Source of the DNA: Gracilinanus agilis
Taxonomy: Eukaryota
DNA: 64,000 nt
Assembly: GCF_016433145.1 (NCBI RefSeq)
Contig: NC_058133.1
Location: forward strand, 98,116,726 to 98,180,725
Direction: 5' to 3'
The translations under genes were made by a program, and so were the position numbers. The notes below the pieces were generated by a model. It did no database searches and was not told the DNA's origin. It saw only the letters and a program-made list of their open reading frames with translations. The stretch's first letter is position 1, and the number at the start of each line of letters is the position of its first letter. Shown here in pieces: positions 1 to 11,580 of this stretch.

Positions 1-300
1 GGGAGAGGGAGAGGGAAAAGGAGAGAGAGAAGAAGGAAGAGGAACTGAGGGAGAGGTGGGGGTTATGAAGGAGAGGGAGAGGAAGAGAGAGGGAGAGAAA
101 GAGAAAGGGAGAGGGAAAAGGAGAGAGAGAAGGAGGAGAGAGGGACAGAGAGAGTAAGGTGGGGTTGTGGGGGAGAGAGAGAAAGAGAGAAGGGGGGAGA
201 GAGGGAGAGGGAGAGGAAAAGAGAGAGAGGGATAGGGAGAGAGAGAGAGGTGGAGGTTGTGGGAGACAGAGAGACAGAGAGACAGAGAGAGGGACAGAGA
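1..300 (+). repeat. Purine-rich (GA/GGA) low-complexity tract with degenerate internal repeats
   Basis: Almost all G/A on the + strand. Units such as GAGAGGGAGAGGGAAAAG and GGTGGGGTT(A/G)TG recur. Confidence 0.9.
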
Positions 301-3272
301 TAGGATGATCTGGAATATAGTCACAAAGGAATTAGAATGTGTTTATCAGGGATCTTCATAGGAAAATATAACTGATAAAAAAAATTCTATTCCCCCCTCC
401 ACCTCCATGATACCAATATTTCTGACTCCTCCCTCAGCATGTAAATGCTCCTAGCTCTATAAGACTATCAAAAGAATTCCAAACATGGCAAAAATGAAAT
501 TTCTATTCATTTAAAATTAAACAGTACAGAAGGAAGAAGGGCTAAACCACCAGCTTGCCAAGATATCCAGAAGCCTAGCAATAGCATCCTATACTTTTAT
601 TATCCCATCACCACAGGGCTGACATCTAAGCCCCTCAGCTGTTCCTCATCTATTGGTCACAGAGGCAGACAGATGAATACACTCACTTATTGGGAAATAT
701 TAGAACAAAAACCATCATCTGTCAATCCCACACAGCCGGCTCCAAAGTCACTTGCGGATCACCTTGGCTCCCTCCCCTCCTCTATACAGAATAAAGAAAC
801 TCAAGCACGTATGACTTGAATATCCAAGCGATGGCTACGTGCATGATGGATTCATTTTTTAAAGTTAACTGAATAGTTATGGGCTAAATGTGTTTGGTGG
901 GGTGGGAGGATGTATGTAACTCAAACCAGTTAACTTGAATTTTTCATTTTTCAACCAGTTACTCTGGCCCAGACACAGCCATAACGTCCTTATTTCTGCC
1001 AAACAGTGGGCAGACCGGAGGCATTCCTTTATTTTGGCTGGTTGAGTCCCTTAGGGGTAAATCTAGCCTTTTGCCACACAACACAGCTTCTGTTGATGTT
1101 GCTAGGCACAGGCATCCATCCACTCCCTGAGCGTAGATGCATGGATATAGCAGGCTATGGCCCTAAGCCACATTTCTACTTTCCATAGTTTTTGTTACTC
1201 AGTTTAGTCATTCTGTACACACCAATCAATGTCACATATCACATTAACTGCTAGAGACTGCTCAGCTGGCCTCCAACTTATTATAGCTCCCAAATGCGGC
1301 AACTAGACCTCAGCTCTAAGTTTTGTACCATCTCCTTAACTATCTTTGAGTTCTTGCTTCCACTATGGCAGTCCGGTCTGCTTCTGATTTCTCAACATAC
1401 TTTTTAAAGGCCAGTCATTACCATATTAATGATACAAAGACAATATATGTACATATATTATTTAATATACTTTATTATCATATTATCATTATATTAAATA
1501 CATAGCTATTATTATAAAATTAGATCCTTTTAAGCCTAGATTTATTCATTTTAAAAAAAAATCCAGGATTTAAAACTGAATTTTTAATTTGAAAAATAGC
1601 TAGGGCAGGGGGGAAGACTCTGAGGTTTTCCTCTGGCTGGGAGAGGGAAAGTAATGGGGAAGGTAGAGGGATCATCTGGGTAAACTTCCTCTCTGCAAAC
1701 TGATCTCTAAACCAGCAAGCACTTACTTAATACTTTCCACATTTCCAAAGCCCTTTCCCATCATTAGTTAATTCACCAGATGCTAATAGATTTATTTATT
1801 TTCATTTTCCACCTACTAGTTAACCTCTAATGAACACTCAGATGACTCCAGTACTGGCATCCTCTGTGTTGTTCAGCACTATCTCAATTAAAATAGCAAC
1901 ATAAAGAAAAGGGGATTGCTATAAGGGAAGGGGGTGGGAAGAGAGAGAAGCTGGAGGAATCCAAGGAAATGTTAGCAGCGTCCCAAGGCCTAACGGATAT
2001 AACTTATAAAGCCCCCAAAGATGTTGAAAAACTTTCAACTAAAAATGTGTCTCCTCTGTTGACTGGTTAAATCCCATACTTGACAAAATCACCCCAGCAG
2101 GTTGTGAATGATGGATGAAATGGAACACTCCTGCCCACCCGGTACAGAGAGTGCTTTGGCAGACCCTGATATGTTGTAAAATTTAGCTCAGATCTAATCA
2201 GAGAAGACTCCTTCCAGCCCAGAAGCCTGAGCCAAAAAAGGAAAACAAAATTTCTCAAGCATGTAAGGTATCTGTGGGGGTAAGGGTATGTTTTTCTTGG
2301 AAGATACTGATTTTTCCTTCCTCCGTCTCCCTTACCTACCACCCTATTCATCAGGAGCTCGGGGTAATCTGCTGGACAAACCATGCCGGCTGATCAGTCT
2401 GGAGATGAGCATCTTTCTCACCTAAAATGCTAACCCCTGTTTAGGTAGGCTTGGATGTGAATTTCGAAACGTTACGATTCGGCAATTTGTCGTGATTTAG
2501 AATTTTCCAAAGTTCATGGACAAGTTGCGGGCTAAAACCAAAACAAATGAGCGGCTTTATCTTGTCAGCAGAACAGAAACAAAGAGGCTCCCTGGGTCTC
2601 CTCAAAAGAATGTTTCCTTCTGGGGATTACGCTCTAGAACGGCAGGAAAAGCTGAAGCACCACTGTATTCCCAGGCACAGCCCACTCCCAATGTACTTGG
2701 CCTTTTTCTCTGGAGGACAAAGTGAAAACAGAATCACAAACCTTCTAAAAACGAGCCCTTTCAGTGTTTTGGTTGGATTTCTCCCTTAGCACAGTGGTAC
2801 CCTCACAGATGATTTAAATGGGGGCACTGTTGGTTAGAATCTTGGCCGTATTCATTCAGCTGCCTCTGATGTACGAGGTCCTGGATGGCAACACTACTCC
2901 CTCTCTTAGGGTTCTCGCACGTCCCTAATAAACATAACTTTTATAAGGTGGGAAAAACACACTAATACTCTCCAGGGAGAAACTAGGTTTTACATTGCCC
3001 CAGCTTCTCAGTTGGATTCCAAAGACGTACACCTGTTTTACTCATTTTAGTTAAGGGAAGACCATTTTTTTGGGGGGGGGATATAGTTTCTTTGCCCCGA
3101 GAGAGAAGTTTAAAGAAGAATTTTAAAGGGTGTTCTCCCCACAGCACCCAAGATCTAGATGGTGCATGGCAGCCGGCAGATAAAATTCTGTTCCAAGTGG
3201 ATCCTGATGAAATACTCAAGTCACTCTTTCTCAGTAAGCTGGGAGTGGGGTGTCTCTGTTTGTTTTTTTGAG

Positions 3273-3399
3273 GTGTGAAAAGGACATCAACGAATGTGAT
3301 TCTGATCCCTGCCTAAATGGAGGCCTGTGCCAGAACCTGCTCAACACATTCCAGTGCAACTGTGACGGAAACTTCGCGGGCGAGCGCTGTGAGCTCGAC
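3273..3399 (+). CDS. CRB1: CRB1 exon 11 (last calcium-binding EGF-like repeat)
   Basis: Acceptor tttttttgAG at 3271-3272 and donor GAC|GTAAGC at 3400. The 127-bp exon reads (W)[42 protein letters not shown], matching human CRB1 [42 protein letters not shown] as recalled. It splices in frame to exon 12. Confidence 0.97.
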
Positions 3400-3525
3400 G
3401 TAAGCGACCTCTCCTTCCATGTCTCTCTCTTACTGTGGCAGAATCTCTTTCAGCTTCTCTCTTACCTCATTCTTCGAATGGATGATGAGCCAGTTGTTGA
3501 GTGGGGTGAACAGGAAGACTACTAA
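3400..3525 (+). CDS. CRB1: CRB1 exon 11 read-through extension (11b): 41-aa alternative C-terminus of the CRB1-B / isoform-2 type
   Basis: The frame stays open past the donor: [41 protein letters not shown], then TAA at 3523-3525. This closely matches the recalled human alternative tail [41 protein letters not shown]. Confidence 0.92.
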   Translation, partial: VSDLSFHVSLLLWQNLFQLLSYLILRMDDEPVVEWGEQEDY

Positions 3526-4537
3526 AGAGTCTCAATCCACCTTCCCCCATGTGGGAGCCATTGAGACGTAAGGATGGGTGCCTTCCTTGGGTGGGAACGT
3601 TAGCTTTAGAACTTTAAAAAAAAAAAAAAAAGAAAAGAGCAATCAAAGTTTTCAAAGAAGTCCAAAGATGGTTTTGAATAGAATACATTTCCTTGTGATA
3701 GCTTTAAGCCTGGTTAGCACAAAAACCTGGAGCATTTAGAAGCTTTTTCACCCAAGTGGGCAGGGCAAGGCTGCCATCATGAATCAAATAAGGATGGATG
3801 GTTCTGTATGACAGTCAGAAAAGGGGCTTCTGCTCTTCTATCCATTTCTGTAGCTAAATTTATATTGAGATTTGCATGCATTCACTGCTCTTCTACTGTC
3901 TTTTACATTACTCCACTTGGACCTATCTTTTATGACAGGATGGTCTAAATTTGCAAGTTAATGATCGAACCACCTTTGTCTCCCATCCATGTGGCTCTGC
4001 AGAGCAACTTAAATGAAGCGGTCCTACCTCATTAGGTTAGAATGCATTTAGATACTTGTATATGTGTATCTACATACATATACACATATGTGAGAGAGAA
4101 AGTGAAGATATGTGTTGTGTGTGTGAAAGAGAATGATTAGCTAAAACCAGGACATTTTAAGTCACTGAAAATTTGGTAAGTGAATTCTTGAATAGAATTA
4201 GTTTCAATAGAATAAATTATATCTACTACAGCTTTATTTCTGATCTATCAAACATTCATCCTTTAAGCAAAAAAAAAAAATGGGCTTAGTTTCCCTGCAC
4301 TTTCTACCCTTCTATCCAAAGAGAAGACTTTTCCCTCAGATTTATGCATTTTGGAGGTTATTAGAGATTTTTCAGTGAATTTCAGGTTACCAACCAAATC
4401 AATACACTAGTGCTAATCAATGTTTATATACAAAACAGGAATCAAATAGAATCTCAGATGGCTAAATCTTTTTTGACCTGGTTTTTGCAACATTTTACAA
4501 GGAAATTTGTTCTATAGACCCAACTCTTTGAAAAATG

Positions 4538-4568
<31 letters not shown>

Positions 4569-4575
4569 ACGCACA
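4538..4575 (+). repeat. (CA)n/(CGCACA)n microsatellite
   Basis: Read directly from the sequence. Confidence 0.95.
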
Positions 4576-4759
4576 GAACATTGCCATCATACCAATGATA
4601 TTTCCATTTGAAAATCATGGGGCAGCACAGTACATATAAAAATAAGATGTGATAATAGTGGTCTGTCCTGTTATTACATATTACTTTTCAGTAAGTAAAA
4701 AAAATGATCATTGGAAGAAATTTTACTTGCTACCATTTTTGTATCTCCCATTGACCTGG

Positions 4760-4985
4760 TACATAGCACTTGGAGAATTACAAAGTGCTTTACATCTATT
4801 TTCTCATTTGATCCTAACAAAAACTGGGTGAGATAGCTGCTATTGTTATTCATATTTTATAGATGAGAAAGCTGAAACTGCAAGATGTTAGGTGACTTGC
4901 CTGAAGTCATACAGCCAGGAAGTGCCTGAGACCAGGTTTAAACTTAGGGCTTTTTGACCCCAAATCCAGGCCTCTATCTCCTACA
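4760..4985 (-). mobile_element. MIR-family CORE-SINE fragment
   Basis: Reverse MIR core: ttttatagatgagaaagctga...ggtgacttgcctgaagtcatacagc. Confidence 0.75.
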
Positions 4986-5200
4986 TCAATGAATCAATCA
5001 GTAAGCTTTTATTAAGCATTTACTCTATTCCAGGTACTGTGATAAGTGCTGGGAACAGAGAGGAGAAACCAAAACAATCCCTTCCTCAAAGAGCTTTCCT
5101 TCCAATGGGGAGAGACAGCGTATACATAAATTGGTGCATACATGAAATAGAGTATAAGGAAGGTAGCCTTAGAAAGGAAGATGCTCACAGTTATCTAACA
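4986..5200 (-). mobile_element. L2 LINE 3' end fragment
   Basis: L2 tail signature tcaatca...ttattaagcatttactctattccaggtactgtgataagtgctggg. Confidence 0.75.
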
Positions 5201-6171
5201 AAGCAAGCTCTTTTCTATTTTAGTCCTGTGCCAATAAACAAATACATTCTTAATTTAGATCCTAAAGCATCAATAGCATAAAAATTTTTTAGCATATGCC
5301 CACATCTCCCTTGGCTTAAATATATGAGAGTAATAAATAAGCTAGACACTTCTTAACATTTGTATAAATCAAGATGTTTTTTAAATGTTATTTTCCAGTG
5401 GAAATGACCAGGGTAAAGCTGAGATTCATCTCTTTATACAATATTTCTCATATCCAAATATAACCCTCTTTGGGTTATTTAACAAAGAACCCCCAGAGTT
5501 GGTACAAGCAATATTTCCTCTGTGCAAGGGGTTAATTCTGAGTGGAATTAACTTGAAATGAAGAAAGCTAATTTTTTAAAATATAGAAATTAGAAGATTT
5601 CATAGAGCAAGTATGCATCATGTAGAAATGTGCCAGTTATTTCTTGTGGGCAGATAGCAACCAATCTCAAAGTCTTTGCCTTTTATATTCAAGGATTTCC
5701 CCTATTTATCCACTTTCCCTGACTGCCACACTGCTGTCTCAGATGATTTCTTTAAAGCTACAACAAAGGACTGGTGTAATGGCCCTTCCCATCAACCATT
5801 CCAGTATAATCTTGTACCAGATAAGAACCTGCCCCTAGCAGAAGACTATTCAAATATGTAAACGATTTCATCCACACTGCAAACATTAATGAAGGATCTA
5901 TTTCATAAAAGTAGTACATAAGATCACACATCATATAATCCAGTTCATGCCATTTAACATATACTGTGATTAAAAGATGGTCACTCACAAATACTTTCTC
6001 TATATGTACAACCTTGATGCCATTAACTTCACTGTGATTGTAAATTACTTTTCTTATTTTCAAAAACTTTGTCATCCTGAAGCATCTGACTTTTTTTTAA
6101 ATGCTGTCTTTTTTTGTATGTTTGTATTCTATACCATGTTATTTGTGATCATAGCTTTTCCACTTCTTTAC

Positions 6172-6181
6172 ATTAAATAAA
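6172..6181 (+). terminator. CRB1: Candidate intronic poly(A) signal (overlapping ATTAAA/AATAAA) for the exon-11b transcript
   Basis: ATTAAA at 6172-6177 overlaps AATAAA at 6176-6181. U-rich sequence lies upstream and U/GU-rich sequence downstream. Other AATAAA hexamers lie at 4211, 5233 and 5332. Confidence 0.45.
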
Positions 6182-6419
6182 TCTCTACCTTTGTCTCTAC
6201 TGTGCGTCTTCTACTTCTCACTTCTATGCCGATGGCTTTGTCTTCATTTGCTTTAAATGTGCCATGCTCCAAGAGAACCTACTAAATCTAACATGTCACA
6301 CTGATGCAGGAGACCTTGTTTTTCAGCCTTCCATATTCTTTTTCTACAGGCAAGTGTCAGTAAAGAAGCAACCAAGGACACCAGGGCCATTTTTGGTCTA
6401 TAAGCATCTTATATTCAAT

Positions 6420-6424
<5 letters not shown>

Positions 6425-6469
<45 letters not shown>
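6425..6469 (+). repeat. (CT)n microsatellite
   Basis: Read directly from the sequence. Confidence 0.95.
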
Positions 6470-6470
<1 letters not shown>

Positions 6471-8329
6471 CCCCTCTCTGGAGACATTTCAGGATGAATC
6501 AGATTCTTATCTATTCTGATCATTAACTTATTTGTACTTTCTCTATTAAAACCGCCCATCCTGATATCCTTCTCAAGATACAGACATCTTTTGAAAACCT
6601 TCCCCAATCATTTTTCTTTACTAAGCTTCTGAACTTTTCTCTTATACCATGAGGATACATTTCATTCTATTCACAAGTCAAATGCCACAGGCAGATTCCA
6701 TATGGATATTTTTGTAACTATGCCTCTTTAAGCCTGTTAGTTTGGAGGGTATCATCACCATCATTGGAAAATAAACAGGTGGGAAATCTGTGTCAGGGAG
6801 CAAAGAGTTGTGGGAGCAAATGGTTTGATATTCTAAAAGCATTTGTATTTCCTCACCATTCAAAGTAGGTGTTTTTTTTAACTAGAGAGTAATTTTTTAA
6901 TGTAAAATCAAATTTCTTTAATGAAGAGATTTAGTAGCCTCAGGAAAGATATTTTCTTTCTTGAAAGGGTGAAAGACAAGAGTCTGAGACTACAATGATA
7001 TGGGTTAGAAGCTAAGGGAGAAAATATAGCCATCTTTCTTAGTAGTCAACTTTGTCACTGGTATAGATTTATTACTACCAAGCATGAATTTTGTAAGCTT
7101 TTAGAAAGGTCACATACAACTCTCTGATATTTACTTAGAGTCCATGGAATTTGTAAATGAATAACTGCTTCAGGAATGTGATCCTCCTCAGGAAAAGTCT
7201 GATTCTGTCTGAAAAATGGATCCTTTTGGTTAGGGGAGTGGAGAGGTGGGGAAAGGTTAAAGACTTCTCATGTTTCATTTAAAAAAATATATTCCTCTGA
7301 GTCAATGAATTTTTATTTCTCTTTTGACAAATATTATAAGTTTCCATTCCATGAAGTATGCTGGTACATCATTATTAAGGTATTAAAAGAGAGACATAGC
7401 TCAGCTAAGACTTCTTGCCTTCAGGGAGCGATTAAATCTTATCTACTAAAAAAGGATAACATCAACACATGTGGCTATAATGTATATTGTTGTTTAATTA
7501 TTACATTCAAGAGGTGCAAACCAAAATGTTGTATGATGTCTAAGTGGAGGCAGTTCTGACTGATGGAGGTTGGAATCAAGAAGGAGTGTCCCTGAAGAGG
7601 TGTTTTCAGAAGTTGGGACTCTAAAGGGGGGTTAGGAATTCAGCAAGTGAAGAGCAAAAATGAGGATATTTTAGGAAGAGGAAAAAGTATGAGCAAAAAT
7701 AAAGAGGCAAGAAAATGCAAGAAAATGAAAGCTAGGAGAGCAGACAGTGGCTGGTATGCCATATGTGAAGATGATTTAATGCTCTATTTTTCACATCTTA
7801 CTTTAGTCCTAAGTAAGAACTTGATATTTAACTTCTGACAGAGGCCAACCTGATATTACTGTAGACATAGTGGAGAAATCTGCTTGGGTTAATGGTACAA
7901 CTAGATGGATCTGTTAAAAGAAAATTCTTTCCCTTTTGGGCTTTTTACTCTGATTAATGAAGCAAAACTCAGGATGAGAAATTTAAAAGAGTTTATAAAA
8001 AAAGTACTTCAATGGGGCAACACATTAATGGGCTGATCAGTGAAGATCAACTGGGCTTTCAGGGTGAACAAAGGGATATGGTTAAAAAAGGATTTGTTGA
8101 AAGAAAGGGCAGAGACCAAGATGGTGCTGACAGTCATTCCGCATGAAAGATGAGTAAAGGGAATTGGGCTGTGAATCCTAGGAAAAGAAATGAGAATTTT
8201 TTATAACATGATTTTCATCATGAGATAAACAAATTTTGATTGGTTCCCATTGGCAACAGGGAGATCCTTACAGCTCAGTTCCTCTCTCTGTATTGGAGCC
8301 TTTGCATCTGCATATTTGCAAAAGGTAGG

Positions 8330-8890
8330 GTATTTGATTTGCCTGTCCCAAATCTCAGGAAATGCAGACTGAAGGAGGCCCACTCCCAACTGATTGATCC
8401 ATAAGACTAGGAATACAATAGATCAGAGTCAAGATATTTTTCAATAGATCCATAACAATGAATGCCCATACCCAAAGAATGTTAGTTAAGGGACCAAATT
8501 CAGACTGGAGAAGCATCTAGTGGTGATGTTATAAGCCTCTTATCTCTGATGGAGTACTGTTCAGAATTTTTCTCTTGACCGTAGGAAGATGTGTTCATCA
8601 AATCTGTGAATGGCAAAAGCTGAGAAAGCTAGCTATTAGATGACAAAAAACAGTATTCAAGATAATCTTGGTAGCTGAAATGATGGACTGAGTCTAATGA
8701 AATGAAATTTAAAGACATAAATATGAAATCCTACATTTAGAATGATAAAATCAATTGTATGAGTAAAGGATTAAGAAGCTCTGACTTGATAGACATTGGA
8801 ATGGAAAAAAGATCTAAAACTTTTAATAGCTTGAGGCAATGGTGAGGCTTCTAACAATTAAGACAGCATTAGGCTGTATCATGAAAAGTA
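8330..8890 (+). mobile_element. L3/CR1 LINE reverse-transcriptase fragment (decayed)
   Basis: Degenerate CR1 RT motifs, e.g. atgtgttcatcaaatctgtgaatggcaaaagctg (~MFIKFADDTKL) and gagtctaatgaaatgaaatttaa...aaatcctacatttag (~ESNKMKFN..KVLHL). Confidence 0.7.
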
Positions 8891-9090
8891 GTTTCCAGAT
8901 TAATAAAGAGAGGACAATTTCATTTTCTCTAGATCATTGGACTATTTAGGGGGCCAAATGACAATGCATTTTGGAAACCTCAAAATACCTCACTACTTCA
9001 ACAAGACTATTATATGTCTATAGTTATAGTTGCTGTTTTTGCCAGTATTAGTCAGATCACCTCTGGGACAATGGGGCACCTCTGGGACAA

Positions 9091-9308
9091 TTTCTTTTTT
9101 TTTAAATTAAGTTCATTTATTTAATTAATTTAGAATATTTTGCCCATGGTTACATGATTCATGTTCTTTCCCTTCCCTCCTCCCACCCCCCCCATAGACA
9201 ATGAGCAATTCCATTGAGTTTTACATGTATCATTGATCAAGACCTATTTCCATATTATTCACATTTGCAAGTGAGTGATTGTTTAGAGTCTACATCCCCA
9301 ATCATATC
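9091..9308 (-). mobile_element. 5'-truncated marsupial L1 3' end
   Basis: A poly-T run followed by ccatggttacatgattcatgttctttccc...tgtatcattgatcaagaccta...agagtctacatccccaatcatatc. Highly similar to the copy at 17534-17779. Confidence 0.75.
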
Positions 9309-11389
9309 AATGGGGCCATTTCTGAGTGCTACATGTTAAAACAGGGTTTGCTGAAGGGGCAGAGACCAAGATGGTGTCGACAGTCATTCCACACGAAAGG
9401 TGGGTAAAGGGAATAGGGCTGTGAATCCTAGGAAAGAAATGAGAAATGATCACAGTAGCAACAATAAATGATTTTGCTACAGCTTTTTAAACTTGTAGAG
9501 CACTTTCCTCCTCATAACAATATTTTTTCCTTCCCCTTTATAGATAAAGAAACTGAGACTTAGAGAAATCAAGCAAAGCCCACAGTTAATAACTTGTCTA
9601 GAATTTGATCCCAACTCTCTCCCGTCTCTAAGAAGTCTGCCATTCTTTATAACACATGGGGCTGTGGGGTGCCCTTCAGAAAGGGAAACTTGTTCTGTTT
9701 GTCCCTAGAATAAAATTAGACCTACTTGGAGGAATTAGAGAATAACTGTGGGTTCTATAAAGAGAAAAACTATGTAAGGATTAGAGCTGTCCAACACACA
9801 ATTTAGAGCTCTCTGGTACTGGAGGTGTTAGTTACCCAGAAACTGGGTAGCTCAGGAGTGCTTTGGAAAGATTCCTCAGTTGGGTAGGAGATTGGACGAG
9901 ATGCTCCCTAATGTTCTTTCCAAAGCTAAGGTTACATTATAATTAGTAAGGAATCCTAAGGCACTTTGCACTTGCCTTGTGATTATTTTGTTATTCTTCA
10001 CAATAGTCTTCTGACACAAGGTAAATAATGATATCTGTGTTTTGAGATGAAAACACTAAGGCACACTGAGTTATATGACTTGACCAAGATTACCCAATGA
10101 GTTAGTGGAAAACTGAGGTGAGACAGGATTGATCGGGTGTGATCATTAACACTTTGAACCACACTTTATAATGAAGAAAATGTTGGAGAATGAGAAATGT
10201 CCCTAAGAATGTATTTTTAGATGCTCCTGATTTATCATGCCACTTTCTCAGGAAAAGAAAACCTAACACAATCCACTCTGCCCTACTTAGCGTCTGAAGG
10301 GCATCTTTGTCATGGAGAGCACAGATGGGCTTGCTATCTCTCACTCTTGTAATTTATAAAGCAGGTTCAGGCAGCACCTCACAACCCATCACACAGTTGG
10401 TGTCCAAGCAATTCAAGGCATCTTGGGATATTTTATTCAAAAACAGTGGTGCATTTTTTTTAATTAGGTGGAAAAGTAGGCTTGATTAGAAAACTACTCA
10501 AAACTAGGTAGAACTAAGTCAAAGAATTTTCACTGTGACCATTGTATTGGATTACAGTGCTTCATGTTGTTCTGATAGTCAGAATTCAAAGGAGAAAAGA
10601 CTCATTTTTTGCCCTTTTACTGGAGATAGCTATAATGGATAAAGTATTACCCCTGGAGTCGGGAAGGAGGGAGTTTGAATTGATCTTGACACTCACAAAC
10701 TCCCTGACTCTGGATGAGTCATTGAACTTCTTTAGAGGCAGCTGGATGGTGATGTGCTTGGAGTCAGGAAGACTTCAATTCAAAATCAGCCTCAGACATT
10801 TAGTAGCTGTGTCACTTTGAGCAAGTCACTTAACCCCTGACTACTTCTTCAACCATAAAATGGGGATTATAATAATAGCTACCACTCAAGGTTGTTGTGA
10901 GGAAAAAATAAGATATTTGTAAAGCATTTAGCATGTTGGCATGTGGTAGGTGCTCAATAAATGCTTTCCCCCTCTCTCTCCCCTTTTCCTTCAAACATGC
11001 TATTCCTTTAAAAATTGCTGTTCTATGTTAAGTGTGCAAGGCACAGTTGCTAACTATAATGCCACTCCCCTGATCATTTTGGATAAGGTAGAAATTAAAA
11101 TGGGAGCTTTCCTCCATTAGCATGTGAGCTATCCATTAGACCCAACTCTCAGGACCTTTGATCTGTTTTTGGTCAGGACTCTGAGGTATGCCTTTTAAAA
11201 ACAGATGTTCTTCCAACTGTCTCCCTAGAAGAGGGCAGCCTGATTTAATGTGTCAACAATGGTTTACTAATGGGAGCTAGATTACATGGCCAATTTCTCT
11301 GCAGTAATTATCAAAATCACTTATCAAAATGTGTTTCCCCCAAAATAACTTTATAGGATCACAGAAGAAGCTACCAAGAGCATCTAGAT

Positions 11390-11580
11390 CAGTGGTTCCC
11401 AAACTTTTTTGGCCTACTGTCCCCTTTCCAGAAAAATATTACTTAGCGCCCCCTGTCACATACTATCACCACCCCTTTACAGTTATTCACCACCCCCAAA
11501 TGCACCTGTGGCCATCACCACTGTCCTAGATTGCTGCAGCACCCACCAGGAGGCAATGGCGCCCACTTTGGGAATCACTG
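11390..11580. mobile_element. hAT/Charlie-type MITE, 191 bp
   Basis: TIRs CAGTGGTTCCCAAA...TTTGGGAATCACTG. The 8-bp TSD is ATCTAGAT (11382-11389) / ATCTAGAG (11581-11588), the Charlie-type NTCTAGAN target. Confidence 0.9.

Noticed and set aside
2067-2789. ORFs 2067-2384 (-), 2516-2725 and 2547-2789 (+)
   Set aside because: No recognisable homology or exon structure linking them to CRB1. Lengths are within chance expectation.
1-3272. CRB1 exon 10
   Set aside because: No sequence resembling ...TCYNGGNCTE...CRPGFTGEW was found. Exon 10 presumably lies upstream of the window.
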